Source of the DNA: Promethearchaeota archaeon
Lineage (GTDB): Archaea > Asgardarchaeota > Thorarchaeia > Thorarchaeales > Thorarchaeaceae
Assembly (NCBI GenBank): GCA_014728035.1
Contig: WJMJ01000117.1
Span: 1 to 23,282 of the forward strand
Direction: 5' to 3'
Length of the DNA: 23,282 nt
Of the stretch, positions 1 to 8,778 are shown piece by piece. Every line of letters begins with the position of its first letter. Position 1 is the stretch's first letter. The translations under genes and the position numbers were made by a program. The notes beneath the pieces were generated by a model. That model saw only the letters and a program-made list of their open reading frames with translations, did not search any database and was not told the origin of the DNA.

Positions 1-2
1 AC

Positions 3-1787
3 TATCTAGAAACAAGTGATTATCCTCAGGCTGTCTTTGAACTAGTTGAGAATCACCCATCTTTCTACACTGAACAAGACACAATATCCACAATTGAGTC
101 AGTAATCAAAACCTCTGAATCTCCGTGGCATCTAATTAAGGCAGTACTAGGTTTTCGGAAACTCGCAGAGAATGAATCAATTCGTTCCGCCATCCAGTCA
201 AGATTTTCGGATATCATTACGGCCACTAAGAAGTTTGAAACCATTTGGACACCAGTTGAGAGTATTTGTTCTGATTATTCCTTTCTTAATGACTCCAAAA
301 TTATAGATGCCCTAATAGAGTCCCTCCATCATCCTGAGATCTCAAAAAACATTATCAATTTGATTTGCTCATACTACGAGATTACAAGCAAACCCGAAAT
401 CCAGCAAGCTATTGGAGATATTCTATCATCGATACCTTTTGTTGATTTGATGAATATCTTGGTTCCTATTCATGATTTGCCTCATGTTATGCAGTCTAAT
501 CCTGTTAGACCTGCGCTAAAATCAAGATTGGATGATTTTGTGAGATTCTACTCGGAAACAACTCTATCTCTAAATTACGTTGGATTGGTTTCACAAGTTC
601 CTGCTTTGATGAATCACGAACCAATTCGATCTGAACTATATGATCTTATTCCTGAAATTGTCGAATCATTAGAGAATGGATACTCTCTGTATGAACTAAT
701 CCCCCTCTATATTCATTCTTCTTGGTTTAAGGAATTGCTAAGTGACCCCCGTTGGAAACAGGGCGTTGTTGAACGATTCAAGGTTGGTTATGGGTATATC
801 CTACTTGTATCCGCTTTTGAGTACATGTCATGGATAATTAATGAACCTGGAGTCGTAGAGAGTATTACCAAAATGATACGAACTCATAATGATGTCTTTG
901 AGCCTGTATATTTTCTTCTAAAAGTTCCTCAGTTCTTGGAAATACCCTTGACACTTGAATCAGTGAAACAAAGACTGTTTGACATATATTCTGTTGTACG
1001 TTCAGCGGAGTGTTCTGTTAACGACCTTGAAACCCTATCAAAGATCCCCTTTTTCTCGGAAAGACAAGAGTATGTAGATGCTGTCCTTGAATTCATGACA
1101 AACTTTGACCACCCTTGGTTGGTTGCAGAAGTGGTTGAGGATGACGATAGAATACGCAATGCTCCACTTTTCAAAAAGACCATTATAGACAATTTGCCCT
1201 CTCTTGTGGATACACTGACCAGCAAGTCATATAGCCCAGCATTGAAATCTCTTCATCATATTCCAAATATTCTCAAGAATGAATCTATCCGTTCTGCCTT
1301 GGGTACACTTGCAGGAAATCTTACTGAGTGGATTTCTAGAAACCATACTTGTTGGTTTCCAATAAACGATGTATCTGCTTTTCCCTTTTTGAGTGAACAT
1401 CCTGAATTGATGTCTGCTATAAAAACTCGTGTTGATGATTTGGCATTTGCAATAGAAAGAAGACGTGATAACTTCGAGGTGATAAGTCAGATATCCTGGT
1501 GTGAGGAACTCATTACTTCACAGAAGATTGCTGATGCGATCAGATATGCGATTCTACATCACAACGAACCTTGGGAAATCTGTGACATAGAATGTCCTGA
1601 GAATCTCTTCAAGAATGAAGCTATTCGTGAAGCAGTACTAGACAGAGTATCAGATATAGCTTACCAGATAAAATACAATCGCGAGGGTTGGACCATTGCA
1701 AATATTGTTGAACGGTTTGATTTTCTAGCTTCACAAGATGAGATTACATCTGCTATCCAGTCTCTATCTAGTCACAAGATGAGTTAG
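3..1787 (+). CDS. Alpha-helical repeat (HEAT/ARM-like solenoid) protein, 5'-truncated by the window edge
   Basis: The frame of ORF 360..1787 is open from nt 3 (YLETSDYPQ...), so the TTG at 360 is internal. It has recurring 33-40-aa helical units (NESIRSA twice, NEAIREA, HEPIRSE; PW motifs). Confidence 0.7.
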   Translation, partial: YLETSDYPQAVFELVENHPSFYTEQDTISTIESVIKTSESPWHLIKAVLGFRKLAENESIRSAIQSRFSDIITATKKFETIWTPVESICSDYSFLNDSKIIDALIESLHHPEISKNIINLICSYYEITSKPEIQQAIGDILSSIPFVDLMNILVPIHDLPHVMQSNPVRPALKSRLDDFVRFYSETTLSLNYVGLVSQVPALMNHEPIRSELYDLIPEIVESLENGYSLYELIPLYIHSSWFKELLSDPRWKQGVVERFKVGYGYILLVSAFEYMSWIINEPGVVESITKMIRTHNDVFEPVYFLLKVPQFLEIPLTLESVKQRLFDIYSVVRSAECSVNDLETLSKIPFFSERQEYVDAVLEFMTNFDHPWLVAEVVEDDDRIRNAPLFKKTIIDNLPSLVDTLTSKSYSPALKSLHHIPNILKNESIRSALGTLAGNLTEWISRNHTCWFPINDVSAFPFLSEHPELMSAIKTRVDDLAFAIERRRDNFEVISQISWCEELITSQKIADAIRYAILHHNEPWEICDIECPENLFKNEAIREAVLDRVSDIAYQIKYNREGWTIANIVERFDFLASQDEITSAIQSLSSHKMS

Positions 1788-1867
1788 TTACTGATTTCTG
1801 GCATCTGATAACCTTAAAGTGTGATGTGTAATATCATACTCACAATAGATAATCAACGCTATACGAG

Positions 1868-2626
1868 ATGGAATATACTGTGAAAATAGCTCTGATCTCC
1901 AATCTAGTGACATCCAATATTTCCAAGAACCAAGAACGCATGTTGAAACTAGCTCAGGATGCCGTTAACATGGATGCTGAGATGGTCATTTTCCCAGAAG
2001 CAGCGGCAACAGGCTTGGTCATTAATGGTAAGGCTGGACATGACTATCCGCTTACAGAGTCGATTCCAGGTCCACGTAACAAAGAATGGGCTATTTTTGC
2101 AGAAGAATTTGGTATCTATTTTGAAGCGGGTCTACTTGAATTAGATGAGCAAGTCATCTATGATTCAGCTGTTCTGTTCGATCCCTCTGGCGAGCTAGTT
2201 TTGCATCACCGTCGGAATGACCGAGGTTGGTGTGGAGATAACTTCAACCCCTCAATCTATCAGATTGGCTCTGATATTCCAGTTGCTGATACGAGTCTTG
2301 GAAAAGTCGCAATGTTGATTTGTGGCGAATTGTGGCAATCTGAAATTTACAATCAATTCAAAGAAAGAGATGTTGATGTTCTAATTTATCCTTTCACAAA
2401 AAGCATCAGCTCATCTACAGATATTGTGTCTGCTTGGGTGAAGGAATTTCCAAAGTATTTGGAACGATGGAGGTCAACCCATGTTCCAGTATTAGCATCC
2501 AATATATATGAACCCGATGAGCGAAAACCTGCAATTGGTGGTGCTTGGTATATGGATAAATATGGTAATTTGAGAAAATCCTCTCCAATAAAACAGGAGA
2601 GTATTCTCATCATCGATCTCAAATAA
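1868..2626 (+). CDS. Carbon-nitrogen hydrolase (nitrilase superfamily)
   Basis: VIFPE (catalytic Glu), IYDSAVLFDPSG, and LICGE (catalytic Cys). The catalytic Lys position reads HHRRN. Confidence 0.88.
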   Translation: MEYTVKIALISNLVTSNISKNQERMLKLAQDAVNMDAEMVIFPEAAATGLVINGKAGHDYPLTESIPGPRNKEWAIFAEEFGIYFEAGLLELDEQVIYDSAVLFDPSGELVLHHRRNDRGWCGDNFNPSIYQIGSDIPVADTSLGKVAMLICGELWQSEIYNQFKERDVDVLIYPFTKSISSSTDIVSAWVKEFPKYLERWRSTHVPVLASNIYEPDERKPAIGGAWYMDKYGNLRKSSPIKQESILIIDLK

Positions 2627-2633
2627 CAAGTTC

Positions 2634-3149
2634 TCAGGCGTTTGAGATTTCTTTTTCCAGTTTCTTTCCAACTTCCTGAGTCCATTCTACTATATGTTCT
2701 CGATTCCATGTATCGGATTGAACTTCTCCACCTCTTTCCATTCTTCCGCCAAAACCTCGTTTTGCAAAAAGTTTGAGGTCTCGTTTCTCTGCTATTTTAT
2801 CTATATACTTCTGTTCATATTTCTCATATTCTGACATATCACCATCTTCAATTGCCTGTCCGCATCGACCTGATGACACAAATATGGCGACACGAGTATT
2901 TTCGAAATTAGACTTGAGGAAGTTCTTTGCTTCTTTTGTCCATCGTCCAATTCTAATGCTAGAACCAACTATCACCAAGTCGTAATCGTTTGGTACAATT
3001 GATTTAGCTCGTTTCTTTTCTTCTTTCAAATCAAGGACATCAACTTCTGCATCAAAATTCGTTTTCAGAGTTTCCGCTATCACATTGGAGGTTTCTCTAG
3101 TGACTCCATATCTTGTACAATAAGCAATCAAGCATTTCATTGCGTTCAT
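2634..3149 (-). CDS. Flavodoxin-domain protein (HemG/Flavodoxin_5-like)
   Basis: IAYCTRYGVTRE FMN-binding loop, YDLVIVGSSI, GFGG. Confidence 0.85.
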   Translation of the reverse strand: MNAMKCLIAYCTRYGVTRETSNVIAETLKTNFDAEVDVLDLKEEKKRAKSIVPNDYDLVIVGSSIRIGRWTKEAKNFLKSNFENTRVAIFVSSGRCGQAIEDGDMSEYEKYEQKYIDKIAEKRDLKLFAKRGFGGRMERGGEVQSDTWNREHIVEWTQEVGKKLEKEISNA

Positions 3150-3215
3150 TATTCCTTCATTATTGTCTTTTGCAAATCTAAAACGAGTATAAACTATTAG
3201 ATATCAAACAGAAAA

Positions 3216-4055
3216 CTAATATCCTGAGGGAATTCTATACGAGTCATCATTTATTTTCTCAACCATCTTTTCTTTGATGAGTTGGTCAAGCACACAGCTA
3301 AATTGATTCTGTTGTGAAACATCAAGTTCGAGTCTTCTTAGCAGTTCTTTCTCTGATATTGTTTGAGATTGAGTTAACACGCGAACGATTTTCCCTCGCA
3401 ATTGTCGTGTGGAACCTACAAATATAGATTGGGTTGTTCTTGGGGCAATTCCTGTAGATGAAGATGTCAAGACTTGCGAGCCATAGTCCATGAGTGCATT
3501 ATGCCAATCACTTGACCTCCCCTTGAGTAGTAAGTGATCCGCTACTTCCTGAATGGCTCTCTTGGACATTTCTTCAGTAGCAAACCCCGCAGCAATGAAT
3601 ACTCGACGAATATTGGTATCAACAGCAGCCAAGTCTCTATTAAATGCAAATATGAGAATGGATCGTGAAGTATAAGGCCCAATTCCTTTCAGCTTTCTGA
3701 GTTCTTCCATTTCGGATGGAAATTCTCTCATCTCTGCAATATGCTTAGCTGCTTCTTTGAGCCATAATGCTCGACGGTTATATCCAAGTCCACTCCATAC
3801 CTGTAGTAGTTTCTTTGCATCCGCTTTAGCTAGTTCTTTAATATCTGGGAAGTGTTCCAGAAACTCGTGGTATTTTGGAATGACTCTGGTGACTTGCGTC
3901 TGTTGGAGCATCATCTCAGAAACTAATACATGATATGGTGTGGGGTTTCTTCTCCAAGGAAGGTCTCGTGCATTGATGCACCACCAATCCATCACCTGAT
4001 TTTGAAACTCTTTGATTTTTTTCGAATCCAAACACAAATCCAAACTTTTCGACAC
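3216..4055 (-). CDS. mutY: MutY-like HhH-GPD DNA glycosylase lacking the [4Fe-4S] motif, with a C-terminal winged-helix-like region
   Basis: RDLPWR, VSEMMLQQTQV, WSGLGYNRRA, LKGIGPYT, AVDTNIRRV, NALMDYG. No C-x6-C-x2-C-x5-C motif. GTG start. Confidence 0.85.
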   Translation of the reverse strand: MSKSLDLCLDSKKIKEFQNQVMDWWCINARDLPWRRNPTPYHVLVSEMMLQQTQVTRVIPKYHEFLEHFPDIKELAKADAKKLLQVWSGLGYNRRALWLKEAAKHIAEMREFPSEMEELRKLKGIGPYTSRSILIFAFNRDLAAVDTNIRRVFIAAGFATEEMSKRAIQEVADHLLLKGRSSDWHNALMDYGSQVLTSSSTGIAPRTTQSIFVGSTRQLRGKIVRVLTQSQTISEKELLRRLELDVSQQNQFSCVLDQLIKEKMVEKINDDSYRIPSGY

Positions 4056-4185
4056 CTTTGCGGATTTGTTAATTCAATCTTCTATATTGTTATATTAATT
4101 CGCAAATAGTAAAAAAACGAACCTTAAGCCTGAAAGATTTTCAACAATAGAAAGAAAAAAGAAGATAACATAATGAAAGAACTCA

Positions 4186-4217
4186 TGGGAATCATCGACT
4201 CGGAGTCTCTATTCCCA
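4186..4217 (-). terminator. Hairpin downstream of the flavodoxin gene, followed by a T-rich tract on the minus strand
   Basis: TGGGAAT (4186-4192) pairs with ATTCCCA (4211-4217), with an inner GACT/AGTC stem. The + strand A-rich run at about 4150-4165 is the minus-strand T tract. Confidence 0.45.
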
Positions 4218-4233
4218 CAACTCTTCTACTATA

Positions 4234-4740
4234 TTATACCGAGATGAAAGAAGCTGATTTGAGGATTTTTCCAATATCTAATCCAATTTGAAAGAATCTT
4301 TGTTCCTCATCTTTATATAATGGGCCTTGTTCTCCCTCTACCAATGCAGACCGCCTTGGATGTACTATCTCAACTCCCAATTTCTTCATCTGCTTTTCTA
4401 TTCGTCTAGCAGCACTGTTTTCAAGCACCATCAAGTACGTCTTGTTCATCTTTGATTCGTTTCTAGTATCAAACGCGAAACCAGCTATCTTTTCAAGAAT
4501 AACATCTCTCAATTTCTGCATGAATTCGTTTAACTCGTCTGACATCTTGAGTATGTGAGTTGGGCCACCAATTGCAATAAAGTCATAATCTCGCAGTGAT
4601 TCAACATCAACCACATCAATATTTTCACATGTTGTGGTTATTCCTTGACTTTCAATCCCTTTCGCAAGACATTGAGCAATATTCTTGGTGTTGCCAAATC
4701 TTGAGTTATACAAAACAATTGCTTTTGTCATTTTAATCAT
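4234..4740 (-). CDS. Flavodoxin family protein
   Basis: VLYNSRFGNTK, YDFIAIGGPT, GFAFDTR. Last gene of the TetR operon. Confidence 0.88.
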   Translation of the reverse strand: MIKMTKAIVLYNSRFGNTKNIAQCLAKGIESQGITTTCENIDVVDVESLRDYDFIAIGGPTHILKMSDELNEFMQKLRDVILEKIAGFAFDTRNESKMNKTYLMVLENSAARRIEKQMKKLGVEIVHPRRSALVEGEQGPLYKDEEQRFFQIGLDIGKILKSASFISV

Positions 4741-5238
4741 TTATTCCTTGTATCGACTCCAAACTAGGCCGGTTAGAATTCCCATTGGTATGCTGATTCC
4801 AACTCCTGTTCCCATACCAATTAGCATACCAAGAAATATTGCGCTACTGAGACCTCTTAACAAACCAACAACTATCCCTAATATGATGCAGCTTGTTACA
4901 ATCAAACCGATTTGTCTGTTATCTCCAAACTTCCAAACCAAGATTGCTCCAATGAATGAACAGGCTAACAAAATCCCTGTACTGATTGGAGCAAAATTAC
5001 AATGAGATACATACCCCATGAGATTCATATCGCTAGATCCCCATGTTAGCAATTCTGTTGGAATGATTGTCCAAACTCCTGCAATAGTAGATCCTATCAT
5101 CATTGATACAAATATTGCCCAGAGTATAGTTGCAAATAAAGACGAAACAAATTCGGATAAGAATGATTTTCCAGACTTGCTTTTTCTTGGTGTGGTTGGT
5201 TCTTCTTCCTTTATCGTGTCTACTAAACTACTTGTCAT
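4741..5238 (-). CDS. Hypothetical multi-pass membrane protein
   Basis: About 4 hydrophobic segments and a GYVSHCNFAPIST loop. It overlaps the TetR stop and abuts the flavodoxin start, consistent with an operon. Confidence 0.7.
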   Translation of the reverse strand: MTSSLVDTIKEEEPTTPRKSKSGKSFLSEFVSSLFATILWAIFVSMMIGSTIAGVWTIIPTELLTWGSSDMNLMGYVSHCNFAPISTGILLACSFIGAILVWKFGDNRQIGLIVTSCIILGIVVGLLRGLSSAIFLGMLIGMGTGVGISIPMGILTGLVWSRYKE

Positions 5239-5914
5239 AATGAATAAGTCCTTTTTCTATTATTGTGAGTAAAACATCAAGATACTGTCTGCTTTCGTCC
5301 AAAGAATATCCTGCATCTTTCCCGCGTACAGCAAGATCGCGGATAACGGGTCCAAGTGCGCTCAGAGCAACAATGACAGACTGAGGATCAACTTTCTCGC
5401 CAATTCCTGATTCTTCAAGCGTCTGCTTTATTACTCTCGTCATGAGTGCCTGAATTTTCAGTTGAAGGGTGATGAATTCCTCCTCACTCTCAGTCAGTGT
5501 TTCCTCGTTTGCTTGTTTTTCCAAAACCTTTCTGATTACCAGTCCTACTCTTGCCCAATTGATAAGACTCGCTTCACTGGGATACTTATCTACAAAAGCC
5601 ACATAGGCATCTCCAAGACTTCTAAAGCCTCTTTTCCCAGTTGCGTCTTTCTGAAACATCTCTAATGAAACATAGAGGTTCTCAAAAATCCCCGTCAATA
5701 CTGCGGTAAATAGATCCTCCTTGGAATCAAAATAGTTGTAGATGGTGGCTTTTGTATATCCTGCATCTGCCGCAACTTGGTCAACCATTGTATCTTCATA
5801 GCCATGCCCGACAAACGATTTCTCAGCAACATCAATTATTGATTTTTTTCGTAACTGACGTTCTCGTTCACGTCGCTTTTCTTTTGCGGTTCGTTTTATT
5901 TTGTCTTTAGGCAT
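5228..5914 (-). CDS. TetR/AcrR family transcriptional regulator
   Basis: HTH signature GYEDTMVDQVAADAGYTKATIYNYFDSKEDL. GGTGA SD-like site at 5919-5923 (minus strand). Confidence 0.93.
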   Translation of the reverse strand: MPKDKIKRTAKEKRRERERQLRKKSIIDVAEKSFVGHGYEDTMVDQVAADAGYTKATIYNYFDSKEDLFTAVLTGIFENLYVSLEMFQKDATGKRGFRSLGDAYVAFVDKYPSEASLINWARVGLVIRKVLEKQANEETLTESEEEFITLQLKIQALMTRVIKQTLEESGIGEKVDPQSVIVALSALGPVIRDLAVRGKDAGYSLDESRQYLDVLLTIIEKGLIHYDK

Positions 5915-5927
5915 AATATCACCACTA

Positions 5928-5975
5928 TACTTGGGTTATTTAATTTTACTCAAGTAAAATATATTGACTTGAGTA
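5928..5975. promoter_or_regulatory. Three TetR-operator-like boxes at 19-bp spacing
   Basis: Perfect inverted repeat ATTTTACT-CA-AGTAAAAT (5943-5960), with related cores TACTTGGGTT (5928) and GACTTGAGTA (5966). Confidence 0.65.
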
Positions 5976-6055
5976 TAATAAACTTTCGTTTTTGCCCGAT
6001 TTTCCATTTTCCAACATACTAATATGATAAATTGAAAATTTACTACCCGGACAAA

Positions 6056-6511
6056 ATGAAAATATTCAAACCTCTTGTTGGTTTTCTCATTGGGTTAATG
6101 ATTCTTTCAGTAGTTGCTGGCCTTCTTTTTCCCACAATTATATCACTGTTAGAATATTCCTCATTCTTGTATTTGTTAGTCTGCTTTGGAACAGCTGCTC
6201 ATTTTCTTGAAGAAGATTTCACAAAAGCTTGGGAGGTTGAGAGTGAGATTCGTGAGACCTCTCTCTATGGAAAACCATTTTTTGTAATGTTTAGTCATAC
6301 AATTGTTCTTCTTAGCTTTCTCTTTTACTTTCCAATAGCTGCTGGTGTTCCGTGGGCAATGATTTACGGTCTAGGTGTTACGTTAAATGGTATTGGCAAT
6401 GGAATTGTACATCTTGGAATTCTAGTTAGATACAGAAAGAACACTGGAGTTTTTTCAGGGATATTCCTGTTGATTGTTGGTCTTCTTCTGTTGGTATCAC
6501 TATTTATCTGA
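6056..6511 (+). CDS. HXXEE-domain membrane protein
   Basis: HFLEE motif, NGIVHLG, NTGVFSG, about 5 TM segments. ATG 6056 is preferred over TTG 6032. Confidence 0.75.
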   Translation: MKIFKPLVGFLIGLMILSVVAGLLFPTIISLLEYSSFLYLLVCFGTAAHFLEEDFTKAWEVESEIRETSLYGKPFFVMFSHTIVLLSFLFYFPIAAGVPWAMIYGLGVTLNGIGNGIVHLGILVRYRKNTGVFSGIFLLIVGLLLLVSLFI

Positions 6512-6655
6512 GAGAACCTTCAAGCAGTCTTTGGAGTTTTCAGATTGATGCTATGTATTTCAATTCAGATATTTCATTTATTCACCTAGTGAAATCAATA
6601 GCTTTCACATAGCTAGTTAATTAGGAATGGCAAACTTCTGTTAACATAAGAGAGG

Positions 6656-7228
6656 ATGATTCTAATGGCTATGAAGAAGATAGATTCTAACGCATTCGTT
6701 TATCCCATGCCCATGGTTCTAGTTGGTACACATTACCAAGATAGGCCAAACTTTATGCCTGTTGGTTGGATTAATCGGGTAAATTTCAATCCCCCACTAA
6801 TCGCAGCAGGCATTAACTCCCGTCATACTACAGCTGAGGCAATAACAGAAACAGAAGTCTTCAGTGTGAATATTCCTGACGAAAGCATGGTAGAAGTAAC
6901 TGATTATTGTGGGCTGGTTAAAGGAAAGAACGTTGACAAATCAGAACTATTCGATATATTCTATGGTGACTTGAGCGCAGCTCCTATGATCAAGCAGTGT
7001 AAACTGACTTTGGAATGCAAATTATTCCAAAAGGTAGAATTTCCAACTAATACGTTGTTTGTTGGTGAAATTGCTAACGTATACGCAGATACTTCAATCC
7101 TTACTGATGAGAAACCCGATATCAAGAAGCTGAAGCCATTTACCTTGACGATGCCCGATAATCGATACTGGACAGTAGGTGAACGGTTAGGTGATGCTTG
7201 GAAGATTGGAAATAGTCTGAAAGATTAG
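6656..7228 (+). CDS. Flavin reductase-like protein (flavoredoxin/DIM6-NTAB family)
   Basis: YPMPMVLVGT, PNFM, FSVNIP, TDYCG, APMIKQCKLTLEC, LFVGEI. Confidence 0.92.
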   Translation: MILMAMKKIDSNAFVYPMPMVLVGTHYQDRPNFMPVGWINRVNFNPPLIAAGINSRHTTAEAITETEVFSVNIPDESMVEVTDYCGLVKGKNVDKSELFDIFYGDLSAAPMIKQCKLTLECKLFQKVEFPTNTLFVGEIANVYADTSILTDEKPDIKKLKPFTLTMPDNRYWTVGERLGDAWKIGNSLKD

Positions 7229-7270
7229 CTGTCAGCATTAACCTCCAATAATTCAGGTCGTGAGTATTAG

Positions 7271-7654
7271 ATGACTTTTTTCATCACCACACGAGGAAAT
7301 TGCTTTGAAGGTCTGGGAAAGTGGTCTTATGAACTCGAATACAAATATTCAGATGGAACTATTTCGTTTGAGCATTCAGCCGAAGGAGAGTCTTCAGGTA
7401 CTACATCCCGACAAATGAAACTTAACGCAATCCTTCAGGCAATCATCTTTGTGAAGTCCATGGACCTTTCAGGTCCTATCATTATCCGATCAGATTGCCG
7501 TTGGTGTGTTAAATGTCTCACCCGTGAATATGACTGTGTGAGTGATGATAAGTATAAACGCGATAAGGTGGCAAGAGGTTATGTTCAATTCATCCGTGAA
7601 ATTTGGTGGAAGATAGAGCATCTTGATGTTCGATTTGAGGTTCTTGAAAGCTGA
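7271..7654 (+). CDS. RNase HI-fold protein, probably catalytically inactive
   Basis: ITTRGNC corresponds to YTDGSC, TTSRQMKLNAILQAI to TTNNRMELxAAIxAL, IRSDCRWCV to IxTDSQYV, and VRFEVL to VxWEWV. The final catalytic helix is absent. Confidence 0.7.
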   Translation: MTFFITTRGNCFEGLGKWSYELEYKYSDGTISFEHSAEGESSGTTSRQMKLNAILQAIIFVKSMDLSGPIIIRSDCRWCVKCLTREYDCVSDDKYKRDKVARGYVQFIREIWWKIEHLDVRFEVLES

Positions 7655-7659
7655 AACCT

Positions 7660-7971
7660 TTATTGAATTGCATCAATCTTGTCTTCCATCTTCCTATCTT
7701 TATCTCTTCTATCATCTATTCTGAGAAGTGTTGATACTCTTTGTGCTCCTGTTTCAAACATCTTTTCATGAGCTTCTTTTGTTATCTGAAGGATTTCCTC
7801 TATCGAGTCTGCTTCGATTATCGAACTCATTGGTGTATGTTGCACTCTTATTTTGGGAAACGAATCGATTACTTTTACTGATTCTCTTACATATTTGCTT
7901 AGACTCGTACCTACTCCAAAAGGAGCTATTACAACTTCTGCAATGACTTTACGTGATTTTTCTTTTGTCAT
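7660..7971 (-). CDS. MTH1187/YkoF-like thiamine-binding protein family
   Basis: AEVVIAPFG...SLSKYV, TPMSSIIE, RVSTLLRIDDRRDK. GGTGA site upstream at 7976-7980. Confidence 0.9.
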   Translation of the reverse strand: MTKEKSRKVIAEVVIAPFGVGTSLSKYVRESVKVIDSFPKIRVQHTPMSSIIEADSIEEILQITKEAHEKMFETGAQRVSTLLRIDDRRDKDRKMEDKIDAIQ

Positions 7972-8052
7972 TTAATCACCGATACTTCATCCCATATATG
8001 TGCAAAATACTTTCTGGAAAACGATTAAAATCATCAAGTCGTCTGAATACTC

Positions 8053-8778
8053 ATGTCAGAAAATAAATTGAAAGGCATAGATGCTGCCATATTTGACATA
8101 GGTGATACTCTACTCAAATTTCCACTTTCAATTGAAGAGTATCACTTCAAATTCTTGAAACAAATTCTTGGAGCGGATTTTGAAGTGACATCTGAACAAC
8201 TATCTTCTGCAATTGACATTGCTGAACATATGGTGGGCATGCATCATTTTGATTCCCGAGTTGGATACGATCATCTGATTACTAGTGATGAGTGGCACTT
8301 GGTCGATAAAACTCTTCTAAAACAGCTTGGAGTTACTGAAAATCTTGACGATCTCGCTGCTCAGTATCAATCACTGTGGATTGATTTATTGGAATCTACG
8401 GGCCATGCTCCTTTGCCTGGGGCGAAAGAAGTCTTATCGTACCTAAAAGAGAAGGGCTATCTCTTGGGAGTAGCATCTAATTGGGATAAACCCCCTCATA
8501 AGCAACTTGAGGAACATGATCTACTCAAATTTTTTGATGATATCCAATGGACTTTGGTCCGGGGTTATGCAAAACCTTCGCCTTACATGTTGATAATGGC
8601 AAGTCACAATCTTGGTGTCAATCCAAGACGATGTGTGTTCATTGGCAATTCGATTGCTAAAGATGTAGAGGCAGCTAAGCGGGCTGGGATGAAGTCCATC
8701 TTACTCAGTCCCTATGAGTCTGAAGTAGAAGATGTGATTGTTATCCAAGAACTGATTAAAATCAAGAAACTTCTCTAA
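8053..8778 (+). CDS. HAD-superfamily hydrolase
   Basis: FDIGDTL (motif I), VASN (II), KPSP (III), IGNSIAKDV (IV). Confidence 0.92.
   Translation: MSENKLKGIDAAIFDIGDTLLKFPLSIEEYHFKFLKQILGADFEVTSEQLSSAIDIAEHMVGMHHFDSRVGYDHLITSDEWHLVDKTLLKQLGVTENLDDLAAQYQSLWIDLLESTGHAPLPGAKEVLSYLKEKGYLLGVASNWDKPPHKQLEEHDLLKFFDDIQWTLVRGYAKPSPYMLIMASHNLGVNPRRCVFIGNSIAKDVEAAKRAGMKSILLSPYESEVEDVIVIQELIKIKKLL

Noticed and set aside
360..362. TTG start given by the ORF track
   Set aside because: The frame is open to the window edge and the repeat pattern continues upstream.
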